Part shown: positions 9,201 through 18,438 of the stretch, piece after piece
Layout of the letters: every line of letters begins with the position of its first letter
Position numbering within the stretch: the stretch's first letter is position 1
NCBI GenBank assembly: GCA_017458195.1
Contig: JAFTGI010000102.1
Coordinates: 13,556-77,555, forward strand
Reading direction: 5' to 3'
Source of the DNA: Prevotella sp.
Lineage (GTDB): Bacteria; Bacteroidota; Bacteroidia; Bacteroidales; Bacteroidaceae
DNA length: 64,000 bases
The notes under the pieces: generated by a model
What the model was told of the DNA's origin: nothing
The model's input: the letters and a program-made list of their open reading frames with translations, nothing else
The model's database searches: none
Translations under genes and position numbers: made by a program

Positions 9201-12200
9201 GCTGGAGACCACCGACTTCGAGCAGGCCAACATCGAGTACGTGGAGTTCTGGATGCTCGATCCTTATATTTATACGCGCAAGGAGGGCACGGCCGCGCAG
9301 CACAGCGGTGAGCTCTACATCAACCTGGGCGAGGTCTCTGAGGACGTGCTCCGCGACGGCAAGAAGTTCTATGAGAGCGGCATGCCCGTCGACGGCACCT
9401 CGTCGTTCGAGATCACCCAGTGGGGCAAGATTCCCGTGCAGGCCACGCAGACCTACGCCTTCGCTACCACGAGCGGCTCGCGGCCCCTGCAGGACGTCGG
9501 CCTGAACGGCCTGAACAACGACGAGGAGCGCACCTTCGGCGCCTACGCTGAGTGGCTCAACGCCGTCTCGGCCGTCGTGCAGAACGACTCCATCATCCAG
9601 GCCTGGCGCGACGACCCCGCCGGCGACGACTACCACTACTTCCGCGGCTCCGACTACGACCGCGAGCAGCGCTCCATCATGGACCGCTACAAGCGCATCA
9701 ACAACCCGCAGGGCAACTCGCCCTCGAGCGACGACCAGACCGAGTCGTACGATACCTCGTACAAGACCGGCCCCGACGTGGAGGACATCAACCAGGACTA
9801 TACGCTCAACGAATACGAGCGCTACTACCAGTACCGCATTCCCATCAGCGACGACGAGCTGCAGGCCTACAACCGCGGCATGAAGTCGGACGATTCCTAC
9901 ATCGTCGACCATCGCGACTACAATGCCAAGCTGCGCAACGGCGACTCCATCACCGTGCGCTGGTATCAGTATCGCATTCCGCTCGCTGAGTATGAGGAGA
10001 AGGTGGGCTCTATCAACGACTTCACCTCCATCCGCTTCATGCGCATGTTCCTCACCGGCTTCGAGCAGCCCATCGTGCTCCGCTTCGGCTCGCTCGACCT
10101 GGTGCGCGGCGAGTGGCGCCAGTATAAGCAGAACCTGCAGACCTCGGCAGGCGCTGAGACCGGCGTGCTCGAGATGAGTGCCGTCAACGTCGAGGAAAAC
10201 ACCGACCGTCAGCCCGTGGCCTACGTCCTGCCCCCAGGCATCAGCCGTGCCACCGACCCCTCGCAGCCGCAACTCACCGAGAACAACGAGCAGGCCCTCT
10301 GCCTGACGGTGAAGAACCTCTCGCAGAACGAGTCGAAGGCGGTCTATAAGAACACCAACCTCGACCTGCGCCAGTACAAGCGCCTGCAGATGTTCGTCCA
10401 TGCCAACCACCTCGTGCCCAACAACACGCAGCTCGAGGACAACCAGCTGGCCGTCTTCATCCGTCTGGGCTCCGACTATAAGAGCAACTACTACGAGTAT
10501 CTGATCCCCCTGAAGCTGACGCCCGAGGGCACCTACCGCTGGAATGTTCCCTCCGACCGTCCGCTCGTGTGGCCGCAGGACAATATGCTCGACATCGACC
10601 TCAGCATCTTCACGGCCCTCAAGAAGGAGCGCAACAAGGCACGTGCCGCCGGACAGGTCAGCTACACCGATATTTTCACTGACTACGATCCTGACAAGCC
10701 CAACAACAAGATTACGGTCGTCGGCAATCCGTCGCTCGGCGAGGTGAAGACGATGATCATCGGTGTGCGCAACCTGACCAGCTCGCTCAAGTCGGGCGAG
10801 GTGTGGGTCAATGAGCTGCGCCTGAAGGACGCCGTCAACGAGGGTGGCTGGGCTGCCAGTGGTACCATGAACGTCCAGTTGAGCGACTTCGGCTCCGTGA
10901 ACCTCACCGGTCGCTACATCACCGACGGCTTCGGCGGGCTCGAGGAGAGCGTCATGCAGCGCTCGACCGACACCGAGAAGTCCTATTCCGTCACGGCAAA
11001 CCTCGAGTTGGGCAAGTTGTTCCCCGAGAAGGCCAAGGTGACGGCGCCGCTCTACTATTCCTATACGAAGGAAGACATCAGCCCCAAGTATAACCCGCTC
11101 GACACCGACATGGAGCTCGACGATGCCCTCGAGTCGGCCGGTTCGAGGCGCGAGCGCGACAGCATCGAGTCGATAGCCGTCACGAAGCATATCACGCGCA
11201 ACTTCTCGATCTCGAACGCACGCGTCGGCATCAAGAACAAGCGCCATCCCCTGCCCATCGACCCGGCCAACTTCGGACTGAGCTATAGCCACTCCCACCG
11301 CAAGACCACCGGCGAGACCACCGTCTGGGAGACCGAGGACCAGTGGCGCGGTGCGCTCAGCTATAGCTATTCGCCCGTCTATAAGACTTGGGAACCCTGG
11401 AAGAAGTCGAAGTCAAAGTCGAAGTGGATGCAGTTCCCCAAGGCTCTGGGACTGAACTATCTGCCACAGTCAATCTCTTTCAATTCGGAGCTTTCGCGCA
11501 ACTACTACGAGCTGCAGGAGCGCGACCTTGAGAACACTGAGAATCCCAACCTGCCGCTGTCGTTCTCGGAGCAGTTCCTCTGGAACCGCGATTTCTCCAT
11601 CCGCTGGGACCTGACCAAGAACCTGCACATGAACTTCCAGTCGGCCACGCATGCCGAAATCGAGGAGCCCTACACGCCGATTAACAAGGATCTCTATGCC
11701 GACCACTATCAGGCATGGAAGGACTCCGTCTGGCAGAGCGTGCGCGGATGGGGTGTGCCGCTCGACTACCAGCAGACCTTCACGGCCAGCTATCAGCTGC
11801 CGCTCGACAAGCTGCCCCTGTTCGACTGGATGAAGGCCGATGCCTCGTATAATGCCACCTACTCTTGGCTGCGCGGCACCGAGCTCGACGACGGCACCTC
11901 GCTGGGCAACACCATCCAGAACAACCGCAACCTCAACCTGAACGGGGCGCTCAACATGGAGACGCTCTACAACCACATCCCCTTCCTCAAGAAGACCAAC
12001 GACCGCTTCAAGAAGCAGCCGGCGAAGAAACCCGACAACAAGCGCAATCCGGCAGCCCAGAAGGCTCTGGCCAAGAAAAATGGCGATAAGGCTGACGCAG
12101 ACAAGGCTGAGGGCGCGAATGCCGATGCCAAGCAACTGCCCAAGAACAAGAATTCGTTCCAGAAGGAAATCTCGCTGGAGCGCGACTCCAGCGTCATCGT

Positions 12201-13992
12201 CCAGCACGGCAAGAAGTCGAAGCGCCTCATCGTCACGGCCAAGAACAAGGACGGCAAGACCGTGCCGGTGAAGTGGAAAGCCGTCGACGAGAATAAGATC
12301 AAGGTATGGGCACCGAAGGAGGTGTTTGCCGGTCTGACGCCGAAGAAGGACGCCACCACTGCCGACAGCGCCAGTGTTGCATCTGCCGACAGCCTGACAA
12401 CCGACAGTCTGCCCGCCGCAAAAGTTGCCAAACTGAAGAATCCCAAGCGCGAGATCACCAAGAAGGGGGCTGGCGACAACGGCAACGGCCTCCAACTTAA
12501 GATTAGCGTCACGGCCAAGGAACCGCTCGACAACCAGTGGTGGTATAATCCTGCCCAGCAGGTGGCCCGCTTCCTGATGATGCTCCGCACGGTCAACCTG
12601 AGCTATCGCAACCAGTACTCCATGGCCCTGCCAGGCTTCATGCCCAGCGTGGGCGACATGTTCGGTCAGCGCTCCCGCGACGGACTGCTCTCGCCGGGCC
12701 TCGACTTTGCCTTCGGACTGACCGGCGACAGCTATATCGACAGGGCAAAGGACCGCGGTTGGCTGCTCTCGAACGACAGCGTCGCCACACCCTCGACCAC
12801 CAGTGCCACCGAGGATCTGCAGATCCGCGCGACGCTCGAACCTATGCGCGACCTGAAGATCGACCTCTCGGCCACGCGCACCGTCAACCGCGGCAAGAGC
12901 ATTCAGTTCATGTACGTCGGCTCGCCGACCACCCACAGCGGCACGTTCACCATGACCACCATCTCCATCAAGAGTGCCCTCGAGGGCATGGGCAACGCCA
13001 ACAACGGTTACTACTCGAAGTCGTTCGAGGAGTTCTGTGGCAAGGTCAGCCAGTTCCGCGACCGCGTCGAGGCGCAGTATGCCGGCTCCACGATGAAGGC
13101 AAATGCCGTCGACCCCTATTCGGCCGATGTGCTCATCCCGGCCTTCCTGTCGACTTACACCGTGGGCGGCAGCTCGTCGCTCGACATCTTCCCGGCCCTG
13201 TCGCGCCTGCTGCCGAACTGGACGGTGCGCTATGCCGGTCTGGGCAAGCTCACGTGGCTGCGCGACCACTTCAAGTCGGTCAACATCAACCACGCCTACA
13301 AGTCGGTCTACAGCGTCGGCTCTTATGCCAGCTACAGCTCCTGGATGGAGTATATGGGCGACCTCGGCTATGTGCAGGCCGCCGACGGCAGCTACACGCC
13401 CTCAAGCATCTACAATGTCTCGACGGTCTCAATCAACGAGGCCTTCTCGCCGCTGCTCGGCGTCGACATGACCCTGCAGAACAACCTGACGGTGAAGCTC
13501 GAATACAAGACCACCCGCGTCCTGAACCTCTCGATGACCTCCGTGCAGATCAACGAGTCGAAGTCGAAGGACTGGGTCATCGGCCTGGGCTATAAGATTT
13601 CCAACTTCAACCTCTTCGGCTCGGGCAACAGTCACCGCAAGGTGAAGTCGAAGAACAACAAGAAGGGGGCTGAAGAAGACGACAGCAAGAAGAACGCCAG
13701 CACGAAGAACAGCTCGCGCGGCGGCGTCAACCACGACCTGAACACGCGCCTCGACATCTCGCTCCGCAAGCAGGCCGCCATCACCCGCGACATTGCCAGC
13801 GGCGTCTCGTCGGCCTCGAGCGGCAACTCGGCCCTGAAGATTTCGCTTTCGGCCGACTACACCTTGTCGCGCTTCCTCACCCTGACCGCCTACTACGACC
13901 GCCAGACCAACACGCCGTTGCTGTCATCTTCGAGTTATCCGACCACCACGCAGGACTTCGGCATTTCGATGAAGTTCTCACTGACGCGATAA
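6217..13992 (+). CDS. sprA: Type IX secretion system translocon SprA (Sov)
   Basis: 2591 aa; FDFDEKINLSVNGKVGDK, YEGKEDEIIKLVEAGNV, RWGGMMRKL, NLGEVSEDVLRDG, VWVNELRL; located downstream of ruvA. Confidence 0.95.
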   Translation: MKRVVYILLMLIAVVALTTVAQVDPRRAGQRSALPRNGAATQTQTPQNDTAKVRRPVPKAQPKALTAVDDDVIPDSLLTSRWRIQPTTPLLVEDLDSSALDLHMPDNIKQEVEYDDSLGLYYIGSKIGDSYLNAPIVMTPEEYMKWSERRAREQFFRVKDAENVKSKGENKFDFSDMHFDLGPAEKIFGPGGVRVKTQGTAELKMGATLKNIDNPSLPIRNRKTTAFDFDEKINLSVNGKVGDKVNMNLNYNTDATFDFDTKNLKLKYEGKEDEIIKLVEAGNVTFPSNNSLVHGATSLFGLRTDWQFGKLKLQTVLSQKKSTSKSVSSKGGTQTTPFEIDVADYEENRHFFLSHYFRQQYDRAMQSLPNMTTGIKINRVEIWVTNKTGTTSNTRNIVAFTDLGENQRLSNPRWSPTGMQVPANLANDVYSTIVSVVDSARSVDQVTTRLEQLTWLTGGTDYEKLSSARLLTTSEYTINTALGYVSLKTGLQTDQVLAVAFEYTYGGQTYQVGEFSTDVTQTQKCLFVKSLKNTSNNPSQGNWDLMMKNVYYLATQVEKEKFRLDIKYQSDTTGTYLTYLPEEQLKQTTLLKVMGLDRLDANMKPHANGQFDFVSGYTVTNGRIFLPSAEPFGDYLRGYLEKQGMGSVADKYCFDQLYDSTKTVAKQNAEKDKFILVGQYKGTSANVISLGAYNVPQGSVVVTAGGVTLQEGSDYSVDYSAGEVTILNQSIIDAGTNVNVSLESNNDYGMQRKTMLGMNWEYDFTKNFSLGGTLLHLQEQALVTKVAMGEEPLNNTLWGLNMNWKQESQWLTNMLDRLPLLHVTQPSQITFTGEFAQLIAGKSHGTQDNASYLDDFENTKNLLDVSDPKAWILSSVPTMFPDHDDKETVKSGYGRALLAWYNVDPIFTRRSSSLTPGHIKSDLEQLSNHYVREVYVKELYPNRDQSTYNGATSTLPVLNLAYYPQERGPYNLTLDFNADGTLKNPASRWGGMMRKLETTDFEQANIEYVEFWMLDPYIYTRKEGTAAQHSGELYINLGEVSEDVLRDGKKFYESGMPVDGTSSFEITQWGKIPVQATQTYAFATTSGSRPLQDVGLNGLNNDEERTFGAYAEWLNAVSAVVQNDSIIQAWRDDPAGDDYHYFRGSDYDREQRSIMDRYKRINNPQGNSPSSDDQTESYDTSYKTGPDVEDINQDYTLNEYERYYQYRIPISDDELQAYNRGMKSDDSYIVDHRDYNAKLRNGDSITVRWYQYRIPLAEYEEKVGSINDFTSIRFMRMFLTGFEQPIVLRFGSLDLVRGEWRQYKQNLQTSAGAETGVLEMSAVNVEENTDRQPVAYVLPPGISRATDPSQPQLTENNEQALCLTVKNLSQNESKAVYKNTNLDLRQYKRLQMFVHANHLVPNNTQLEDNQLAVFIRLGSDYKSNYYEYLIPLKLTPEGTYRWNVPSDRPLVWPQDNMLDIDLSIFTALKKERNKARAAGQVSYTDIFTDYDPDKPNNKITVVGNPSLGEVKTMIIGVRNLTSSLKSGEVWVNELRLKDAVNEGGWAASGTMNVQLSDFGSVNLTGRYITDGFGGLEESVMQRSTDTEKSYSVTANLELGKLFPEKAKVTAPLYYSYTKEDISPKYNPLDTDMELDDALESAGSRRERDSIESIAVTKHITRNFSISNARVGIKNKRHPLPIDPANFGLSYSHSHRKTTGETTVWETEDQWRGALSYSYSPVYKTWEPWKKSKSKSKWMQFPKALGLNYLPQSISFNSELSRNYYELQERDLENTENPNLPLSFSEQFLWNRDFSIRWDLTKNLHMNFQSATHAEIEEPYTPINKDLYADHYQAWKDSVWQSVRGWGVPLDYQQTFTASYQLPLDKLPLFDWMKADASYNATYSWLRGTELDDGTSLGNTIQNNRNLNLNGALNMETLYNHIPFLKKTNDRFKKQPAKKPDNKRNPAAQKALAKKNGDKADADKAEGANADAKQLPKNKNSFQKEISLERDSSVIVQHGKKSKRLIVTAKNKDGKTVPVKWKAVDENKIKVWAPKEVFAGLTPKKDATTADSASVASADSLTTDSLPAAKVAKLKNPKREITKKGAGDNGNGLQLKISVTAKEPLDNQWWYNPAQQVARFLMMLRTVNLSYRNQYSMALPGFMPSVGDMFGQRSRDGLLSPGLDFAFGLTGDSYIDRAKDRGWLLSNDSVATPSTTSATEDLQIRATLEPMRDLKIDLSATRTVNRGKSIQFMYVGSPTTHSGTFTMTTISIKSALEGMGNANNGYYSKSFEEFCGKVSQFRDRVEAQYAGSTMKANAVDPYSADVLIPAFLSTYTVGGSSSLDIFPALSRLLPNWTVRYAGLGKLTWLRDHFKSVNINHAYKSVYSVGSYASYSSWMEYMGDLGYVQAADGSYTPSSIYNVSTVSINEAFSPLLGVDMTLQNNLTVKLEYKTTRVLNLSMTSVQINESKSKDWVIGLGYKISNFNLFGSGNSHRKVKSKNNKKGAEEDDSKKNASTKNSSRGGVNHDLNTRLDISLRKQAAITRDIASGVSSASSGNSALKISLSADYTLSRFLTLTAYYDRQTNTPLLSSSSYPTTTQDFGISMKFSLTR

Positions 13993-14004
13993 CGCTTTAA
14001 GGCT

Positions 14005-15045
14005 ATGACGGTCGACAACTCCTTCTTTGCCGCAAAGCTGCTCGGCTGGTTCCGCGAGAACGGGCGTGAACTGCCCTGGCGCGGGACAAAGGATCCCTAT
14101 GCCATCTGGCTCTCGGAGATCATCCTGCAGCAGACGCAGGTCAGGCAGGGCTGGGACTACTGGCTGCGGTTCATGCGGCGCTGGCCGACGGTCGAGGCAC
14201 TGGCTGCGGCCACCGAGGACGAAGTGCTGCGCATGTGGCAGGGGCTGGGCTACTATTCGCGAGCCCGCAATCTTCACTTTGCTGCCCGTCAGATTGTTGA
14301 GATGGGCGGCTTTCCCACGACTTATGAAGAAATAAAAAAGCTGAAGGGCGTCGGCGACTATACGGCTGCGGCCATCGGCTCGATAGCCTTCGGACTGCCC
14401 GTGGCTGTGGTCGACGGCAATGTCTATCGCCTGCTCAGCCGTCATTTCGGCATTGCCACGCCCATCAACACGACGCAGGGCAAGCGCGAGTTCACGGCCC
14501 TGGCCCAGGCGTTGCTGCCCGGGAGCGAGGCCTCCGCCTACAATCAGGCGCTGATGGATTTCGGAGCAACCGTGTGCACGCCCCAGTCGCCCCGTTGTCC
14601 GGAGTGCCCGTTGCAGGCCTCATGCGTAGCCTTTGCCGAGGGCAGGGTGGGGCAGTTGCCCGTGAAGGAGCGCAAACTGCAGGTCAAGGAGCGCCGCATG
14701 GCCTATGTCTATATCAGGTATGAAGGCCAGACGGCCCTTCGCCGCCGTGGTGCCGGTGACATCTGGCAGGGGCTGTGGGAACCCTTTCTTTTAATTGATA
14801 ATGGACAATTGACAATTGACAATGATGCTAATTATCAATTGTCAATTATCAATTGTCAATTGCTCAAGCAGCATGTTCGCCACGTGCTGACTCACCGCGT
14901 CATTCTTTGCGATTTTTATCTTTGGGAGCCCCGGGAGCGTCCCCATTTGCCGGACGCTTACGTCTGGGTCGACGAGACCGACGTTGACCAGTACGCCCTT
15001 CCCCGTCTTGTTGAATTGTTGTTAGAGGCGCTTCCGCAACGCTGA
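14005..15045 (+). CDS. mutY: A/G-specific adenine glycosylase MutY, with an in-frame repeat insertion
   Basis: LPWR..DPY.IWLSEIILQQT, WQGLGYYSRARN, VVDGNV, Fe-S motif CTPQSPRCPECPLQASC. Confidence 0.95.
   Translation: MTVDNSFFAAKLLGWFRENGRELPWRGTKDPYAIWLSEIILQQTQVRQGWDYWLRFMRRWPTVEALAAATEDEVLRMWQGLGYYSRARNLHFAARQIVEMGGFPTTYEEIKKLKGVGDYTAAAIGSIAFGLPVAVVDGNVYRLLSRHFGIATPINTTQGKREFTALAQALLPGSEASAYNQALMDFGATVCTPQSPRCPECPLQASCVAFAEGRVGQLPVKERKLQVKERRMAYVYIRYEGQTALRRRGAGDIWQGLWEPFLLIDNGQLTIDNDANYQLSIINCQLLKQHVRHVLTHRVILCDFYLWEPRERPHLPDAYVWVDETDVDQYALPRLVELLLEALPQR
14793..14861. repeat. Heptamer-repeat hairpin in-frame in mutY
   Basis: AATTGAT AATGGAC AATTGAC AATTGAC...AATTATC AATTGTC AATTATC AATTGTC AATT; encodes IDNGQLTIDNDANYQLSIINCQL. 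Confidence 0.9.
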
Positions 15046-16126
15046 GCTGTCCCTTGTCGCGGCGGATGATGTACTTCTGATAGTAGGTCAGCAGCAGCGT
15101 CGTCATGGGCAGCGCTATAATCATGCCGAGCATACCGAGCAGCGAGCCCCAGATGGAGAGCGAGAGCAGGATGATGGCCGAGTTGAGGCCCGTCACCTTG
15201 CCCATGATCTTAGGCACGAGGAAAGTGTCCTGAATCGTCTGCACGATGGCGAAGACGGCCAGTGCCAGCAGCAGGATGACCCAGAAGTTCTGTCCCGTGT
15301 CGGCCGCCTTGACGATGGCCAGCAGGATGGTCGGGATGAAGCCGACGGTCTGCAGATAGGGTACCATGTTGAGCAGTCCGATGAACATGCCGAGGCCGAC
15401 GGCCATGGGGAAGTCGATGATGAGGAAGCCGATGCTGAACAGCACGCCGACGCAGAAGGCCACGAGGCCCTGTCCGCGGAAGTATTTGTTCATGCCCTCC
15501 TCGACGTCGCTGACCAGCTGCACGGCGAAGGGCCTGATGCTGTGGGGCAGCAGCGACACCCAGCCCTTCGAGAAGTCCTCGTAGTCGAGCAGGATGAAGA
15601 GCGTGTAGAGCAGGATCATCGTCAGCGAGAACAGACTGCCGACGACGCTGATAGACTGCGAGATGACGCTCCACACCTTCGGCACGGTGGCCTTGATGCT
15701 GTCGATGAAGCCGTCCTGAGTGACCAGCTTCTTCACCTCGTCGGCCGTGAAGTGCTCGTGGATGAACTGCTGGATGCGCTGCGGAATGTTGCTCATCGTG
15801 GCGTCGTTGGAGATATAGTCGATGAGCATGTCCTTGACGCGAAGGCCCTCCTCGACCATGGGCGGAATCATGAGCATGAGCACCCCCGTGGCCACGACGC
15901 CGACGACGATGAACGTCGACAGGATGGCCACGATACGATACTTCATGTGGCAGCGATACTGGAAAAACCTGACCATCGGGAACAGCAGGTAGCTGATGAG
16001 CCAGGCCACGAAGAAGGGCAGCAGCACACTGCTCAGCCGGCCCAGCAGCCAGAGCACGGCTACGGCCACGGCGGCCACGCAGATGCCGCGAATGAAAGTG
16101 TCGAAGGTGATAGGTTTACGTTCCAT
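14900..16126 (-). CDS. AI-2E family transporter
   Basis: MERKPITFD start, YFRGQ, GLLNMVPYL, PKIMGKVTGL motifs; multiple transmembrane segments. Confidence 0.9.
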   Translation of the reverse strand: MERKPITFDTFIRGICVAAVAVAVLWLLGRLSSVLLPFFVAWLISYLLFPMVRFFQYRCHMKYRIVAILSTFIVVGVVATGVLMLMIPPMVEEGLRVKDMLIDYISNDATMSNIPQRIQQFIHEHFTADEVKKLVTQDGFIDSIKATVPKVWSVISQSISVVGSLFSLTMILLYTLFILLDYEDFSKGWVSLLPHSIRPFAVQLVSDVEEGMNKYFRGQGLVAFCVGVLFSIGFLIIDFPMAVGLGMFIGLLNMVPYLQTVGFIPTILLAIVKAADTGQNFWVILLLALAVFAIVQTIQDTFLVPKIMGKVTGLNSAIILLSLSIWGSLLGMLGMIIALPMTTLLLTYYQKYIIRRDKGQLSVAEAPLTTIQQDGEGRTGQRRSRRPRRKRPANGDAPGAPKDKNRKE

Positions 16127-16153
16127 ATTTCTCCTTTGATTGTTTTTGTGGGA

Positions 16154-16213
16154 CAAAGGTACGAAATAATTATGAATTAAGAATTAAGATTTAAGAATTA
16201 TTTTGTACCTTTG
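16154..16213. promoter_or_regulatory. Back-to-back Bacteroidetes -7 promoter boxes separated by heptamer repeats
   Basis: CAAAGGTA...TACCTTTG with TGAATTA AGAATTA AGATTTA AGAATTA between them. Confidence 0.7.
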
Positions 16214-16221
16214 CATTCGCA

Positions 16222-16779
16222 ATGCCGATGCTTGAACTCAACGAAGTGCTGCTCAGCGGCGAGGAGCGTACGCTCTCGCTGATGGCCGAGGCGGGACAGA
16301 CGACCTGTCTCGTCGGGGGCACGCGTCGGCGCCGCCAGCGCTGGCTGCTGGCCATGCTGGGGCTGGAGCCCGTGCAGGTGGGCTATATCAGCGTCGACGG
16401 CGAGCCGCTCAACCGGGCGACAGCCGGAGCGCTGCGGGCCCTGATGGGCTACGTGCCCGACGGGCTGCGTACTGAGGGCCAGGTGGTCAGCTATGAACCG
16501 CCGACGGTGCAGGATGTCTTTCAGCTTCGTGCCAACCGCCATCTGCCTATCTCCAACGGTCTGCTGGCTGAGGAGATGCGGCGCACGGGTCTGCCGGCCG
16601 ACGAGGCTCGATGGCTGGCGGTGGCCGTGCTCTTGGGGCGCCCCATCCTGCTGGTCGACCATCCCTCGGCCGCCGCTGCCGACTATCTGCGCCTTCAGGC
16701 CCGCGAAGGACACACTGTCGTCTTTGCTACTGACGACGAAGTCCTTTGGCGCACTGCCGACAAAGTGATTGAAATTTAG
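16222..16779 (+). CDS. Degenerate ABC ATPase-like protein (FetA/YbbL-like)
   Basis: G.ISVDGEPL, MGYVP and RPILLVDHP resemble an ABC fold, but Walker A and the signature motif are not recognisable. Confidence 0.6.
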   Translation: MPMLELNEVLLSGEERTLSLMAEAGQTTCLVGGTRRRRQRWLLAMLGLEPVQVGYISVDGEPLNRATAGALRALMGYVPDGLRTEGQVVSYEPPTVQDVFQLRANRHLPISNGLLAEEMRRTGLPADEARWLAVAVLLGRPILLVDHPSAAAADYLRLQAREGHTVVFATDDEVLWRTADKVIEI

Positions 16780-16783
16780 AATT

Positions 16784-16816
16784 TAATGTTCAATGTTCAA
16801 TATTCAATGTTCAATG
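16784..16816. repeat. AATGTTC heptamer array (single arm)
   Basis: AATGTTC AATGTTC AATATTC AATGTTC AATG between the two ABC-like genes. Confidence 0.85.
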
Positions 16817-16818
16817 AA

Positions 16819-17532
16819 ATGAATGTTTGGGGAGCCGTGCTGACGGGCGTGTTGCTGTTCGTCGCGGTGGCTCTGTTTTGGCTGATTGACCGCAAGACGT
16901 TCCGGCTGATGGGCCGCGCAGGGCTGCTGGCCCTGGGACAGCTGCTCTTCGTGGGCGGCTATGTGTGGGCCTTGCAGCAGTCGGGCAGCGTCTGGATCCA
17001 CCTGCTGTGGCTCGTGGCCATGGCCGTGGCTGCCACCGGACTGACGCTTCGCCGGGCTGCCGTGGCGACAAAAGAGCGTGTCATGGCCCTCTCAGCGAGC
17101 CTCCTGATCGGGGTGGGGGTGCTGGCCGGCTGCGTGGTGCTGTGCGTGCCGGGCCGCCTGTTCGTGCCCGTCGTGGGCGTGCTCATGGGCCAGCTGATGA
17201 CGTCGGCCTCGCGCACATTGACGGTCTATGAGGGCAGCAAGCTCCACACCGAGGCCCACATCCGCTATCTGCTGGCCAACGGCGCGACGCGCCTGGAATC
17301 GCTCATACCCAGCATCCGCCGGGCGCTGCGTGCTGCCGTGCTGCCGCAGCTGACCACGATGGCGTCGCCCCTGGTGGTGGCCATGCCCGCCTTGCTGTGC
17401 GGCATGCTGATGGGGGGCGCCCCGGTGCCGGTCGCCGTGCTGACGACCATCCTCATGATGGCCGCTGCGATGGCCGCCTCGGTGCTGACCGCTGTGCTCA
17501 CCATCTTGTTCTTGGAATTTATTGAAAATTGA
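16819..17532 (+). CDS. FetB/YbbM (UPF0014)-like ABC permease
   Basis: GQLLFVG, YLLANGATRLES, RRALRAAVLP, AMPALLCGMLMGG. Start placed at MNVWG because the upstream Met codons lie in the repeat. Confidence 0.75.
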   Translation: MNVWGAVLTGVLLFVAVALFWLIDRKTFRLMGRAGLLALGQLLFVGGYVWALQQSGSVWIHLLWLVAMAVAATGLTLRRAAVATKERVMALSASLLIGVGVLAGCVVLCVPGRLFVPVVGVLMGQLMTSASRTLTVYEGSKLHTEAHIRYLLANGATRLESLIPSIRRALRAAVLPQLTTMASPLVVAMPALLCGMLMGGAPVPVAVLTTILMMAAAMAASVLTAVLTILFLEFIEN

Positions 17533-17608
17533 GGATTGAAAATTTTTTTCTTATCGATTTGCTGTTGAAAATAATTATAGTAAGTTAAACTTAATCGTAA
17601 AATTCGCT

Positions 17609-18295
17609 ATGAACAGAATCAAAGAATCAGTAATTCTGGCCCTGGGCATCGTCCTGCTGGGCTGGTTAGTCAAGTGTGGCATCAACGATTTTGCCAACAA
17701 GGACCGGCACGTCACCGTGAAGGGACTGGCCGAGCGCGAGGTGCCTGCCGACAAGGTGACGTGGAGCATCAGCACCAAGGAGACGGGCAACGACCTGCCC
17801 ACGCTCTATGAGCGCATCAACGTGCAGACGGGAAAGATACGGTCGTTCCTCGTGACCAACGGGCTCGACGCTGACGAGATCACCGTCAACGCGCCCACCG
17901 TCACCGACCTTGAGGCCCGCGAATGGGGCGACAACCAGAAGTCGTTCCGCTATATCGTCACGGCCGCCATCACCGTGGCCACGGGCAAGGTGGATCTGGT
18001 GAACAAGGCCATCTTCCGCCAGGGCGAGCTGCTCAAGCAGGGCGTGGCCATCGAGGGCAGCTATCCACTGTACGACTATGCGTCGTTCCAGCAGATGAAG
18101 CCCGAGATGATGGAGGAGGCCATCAAGAACGCTCAGAAGACGGCCGAGCAGTTTGCCGAGGCCAGCGACTCGAAGCTGGGCAAGATCCAGACCGCCGGTC
18201 AGGGCCAGTTCGAGATTGACGACCGCGACGAGAACACGCCTCACATCAAGAAGCTGCGCGTCGTGACCACCATCACCTATCAGCTCAACGACTGA
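17609..18295 (+). CDS. SIMPL (DUF541) domain protein
   Basis: N-terminal anchor, [38 protein letters not shown]. Confidence 0.85.
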   Translation: MNRIKESVILALGIVLLGWLVKCGINDFANKDRHVTVKGLAEREVPADKVTWSISTKETGNDLPTLYERINVQTGKIRSFLVTNGLDADEITVNAPTVTDLEAREWGDNQKSFRYIVTAAITVATGKVDLVNKAIFRQGELLKQGVAIEGSYPLYDYASFQQMKPEMMEEAIKNAQKTAEQFAEASDSKLGKIQTAGQGQFEIDDRDENTPHIKKLRVVTTITYQLND

Positions 18296-18311
18296 GGCTG
18301 AAAAAAGAACT

Positions 18312-18418
18312 GTATAAAAAAACGTTCTGATTCCGTACATTGGCTTTGTACCAATCGTACACGACCGATGTACGAAACGTACATGACCGATGTACGGAAT
18401 CAGAACGATTTTTTATAC
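18312..18418. repeat. Inverted-repeat element with internal 22-bp GTAC tandem units between convergent genes; probable bidirectional terminator
   Basis: GTATAAAAAAACGTTCTGATTCCGTACA ... TGTACGGAATCAGAACGATTTTTTATAC. Confidence 0.8.
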
Positions 18419-18438
18419 GTTCGCTTTCGGAATTTTTT

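Noticed and set aside
7507-13293. Long antisense ORFs (1263 aa and 607 aa) and similar shadow ORFs elsewhere
   Set aside because: They mirror sprA and other real genes, as expected from high-GC3 codon bias, and carry no recognisable motifs
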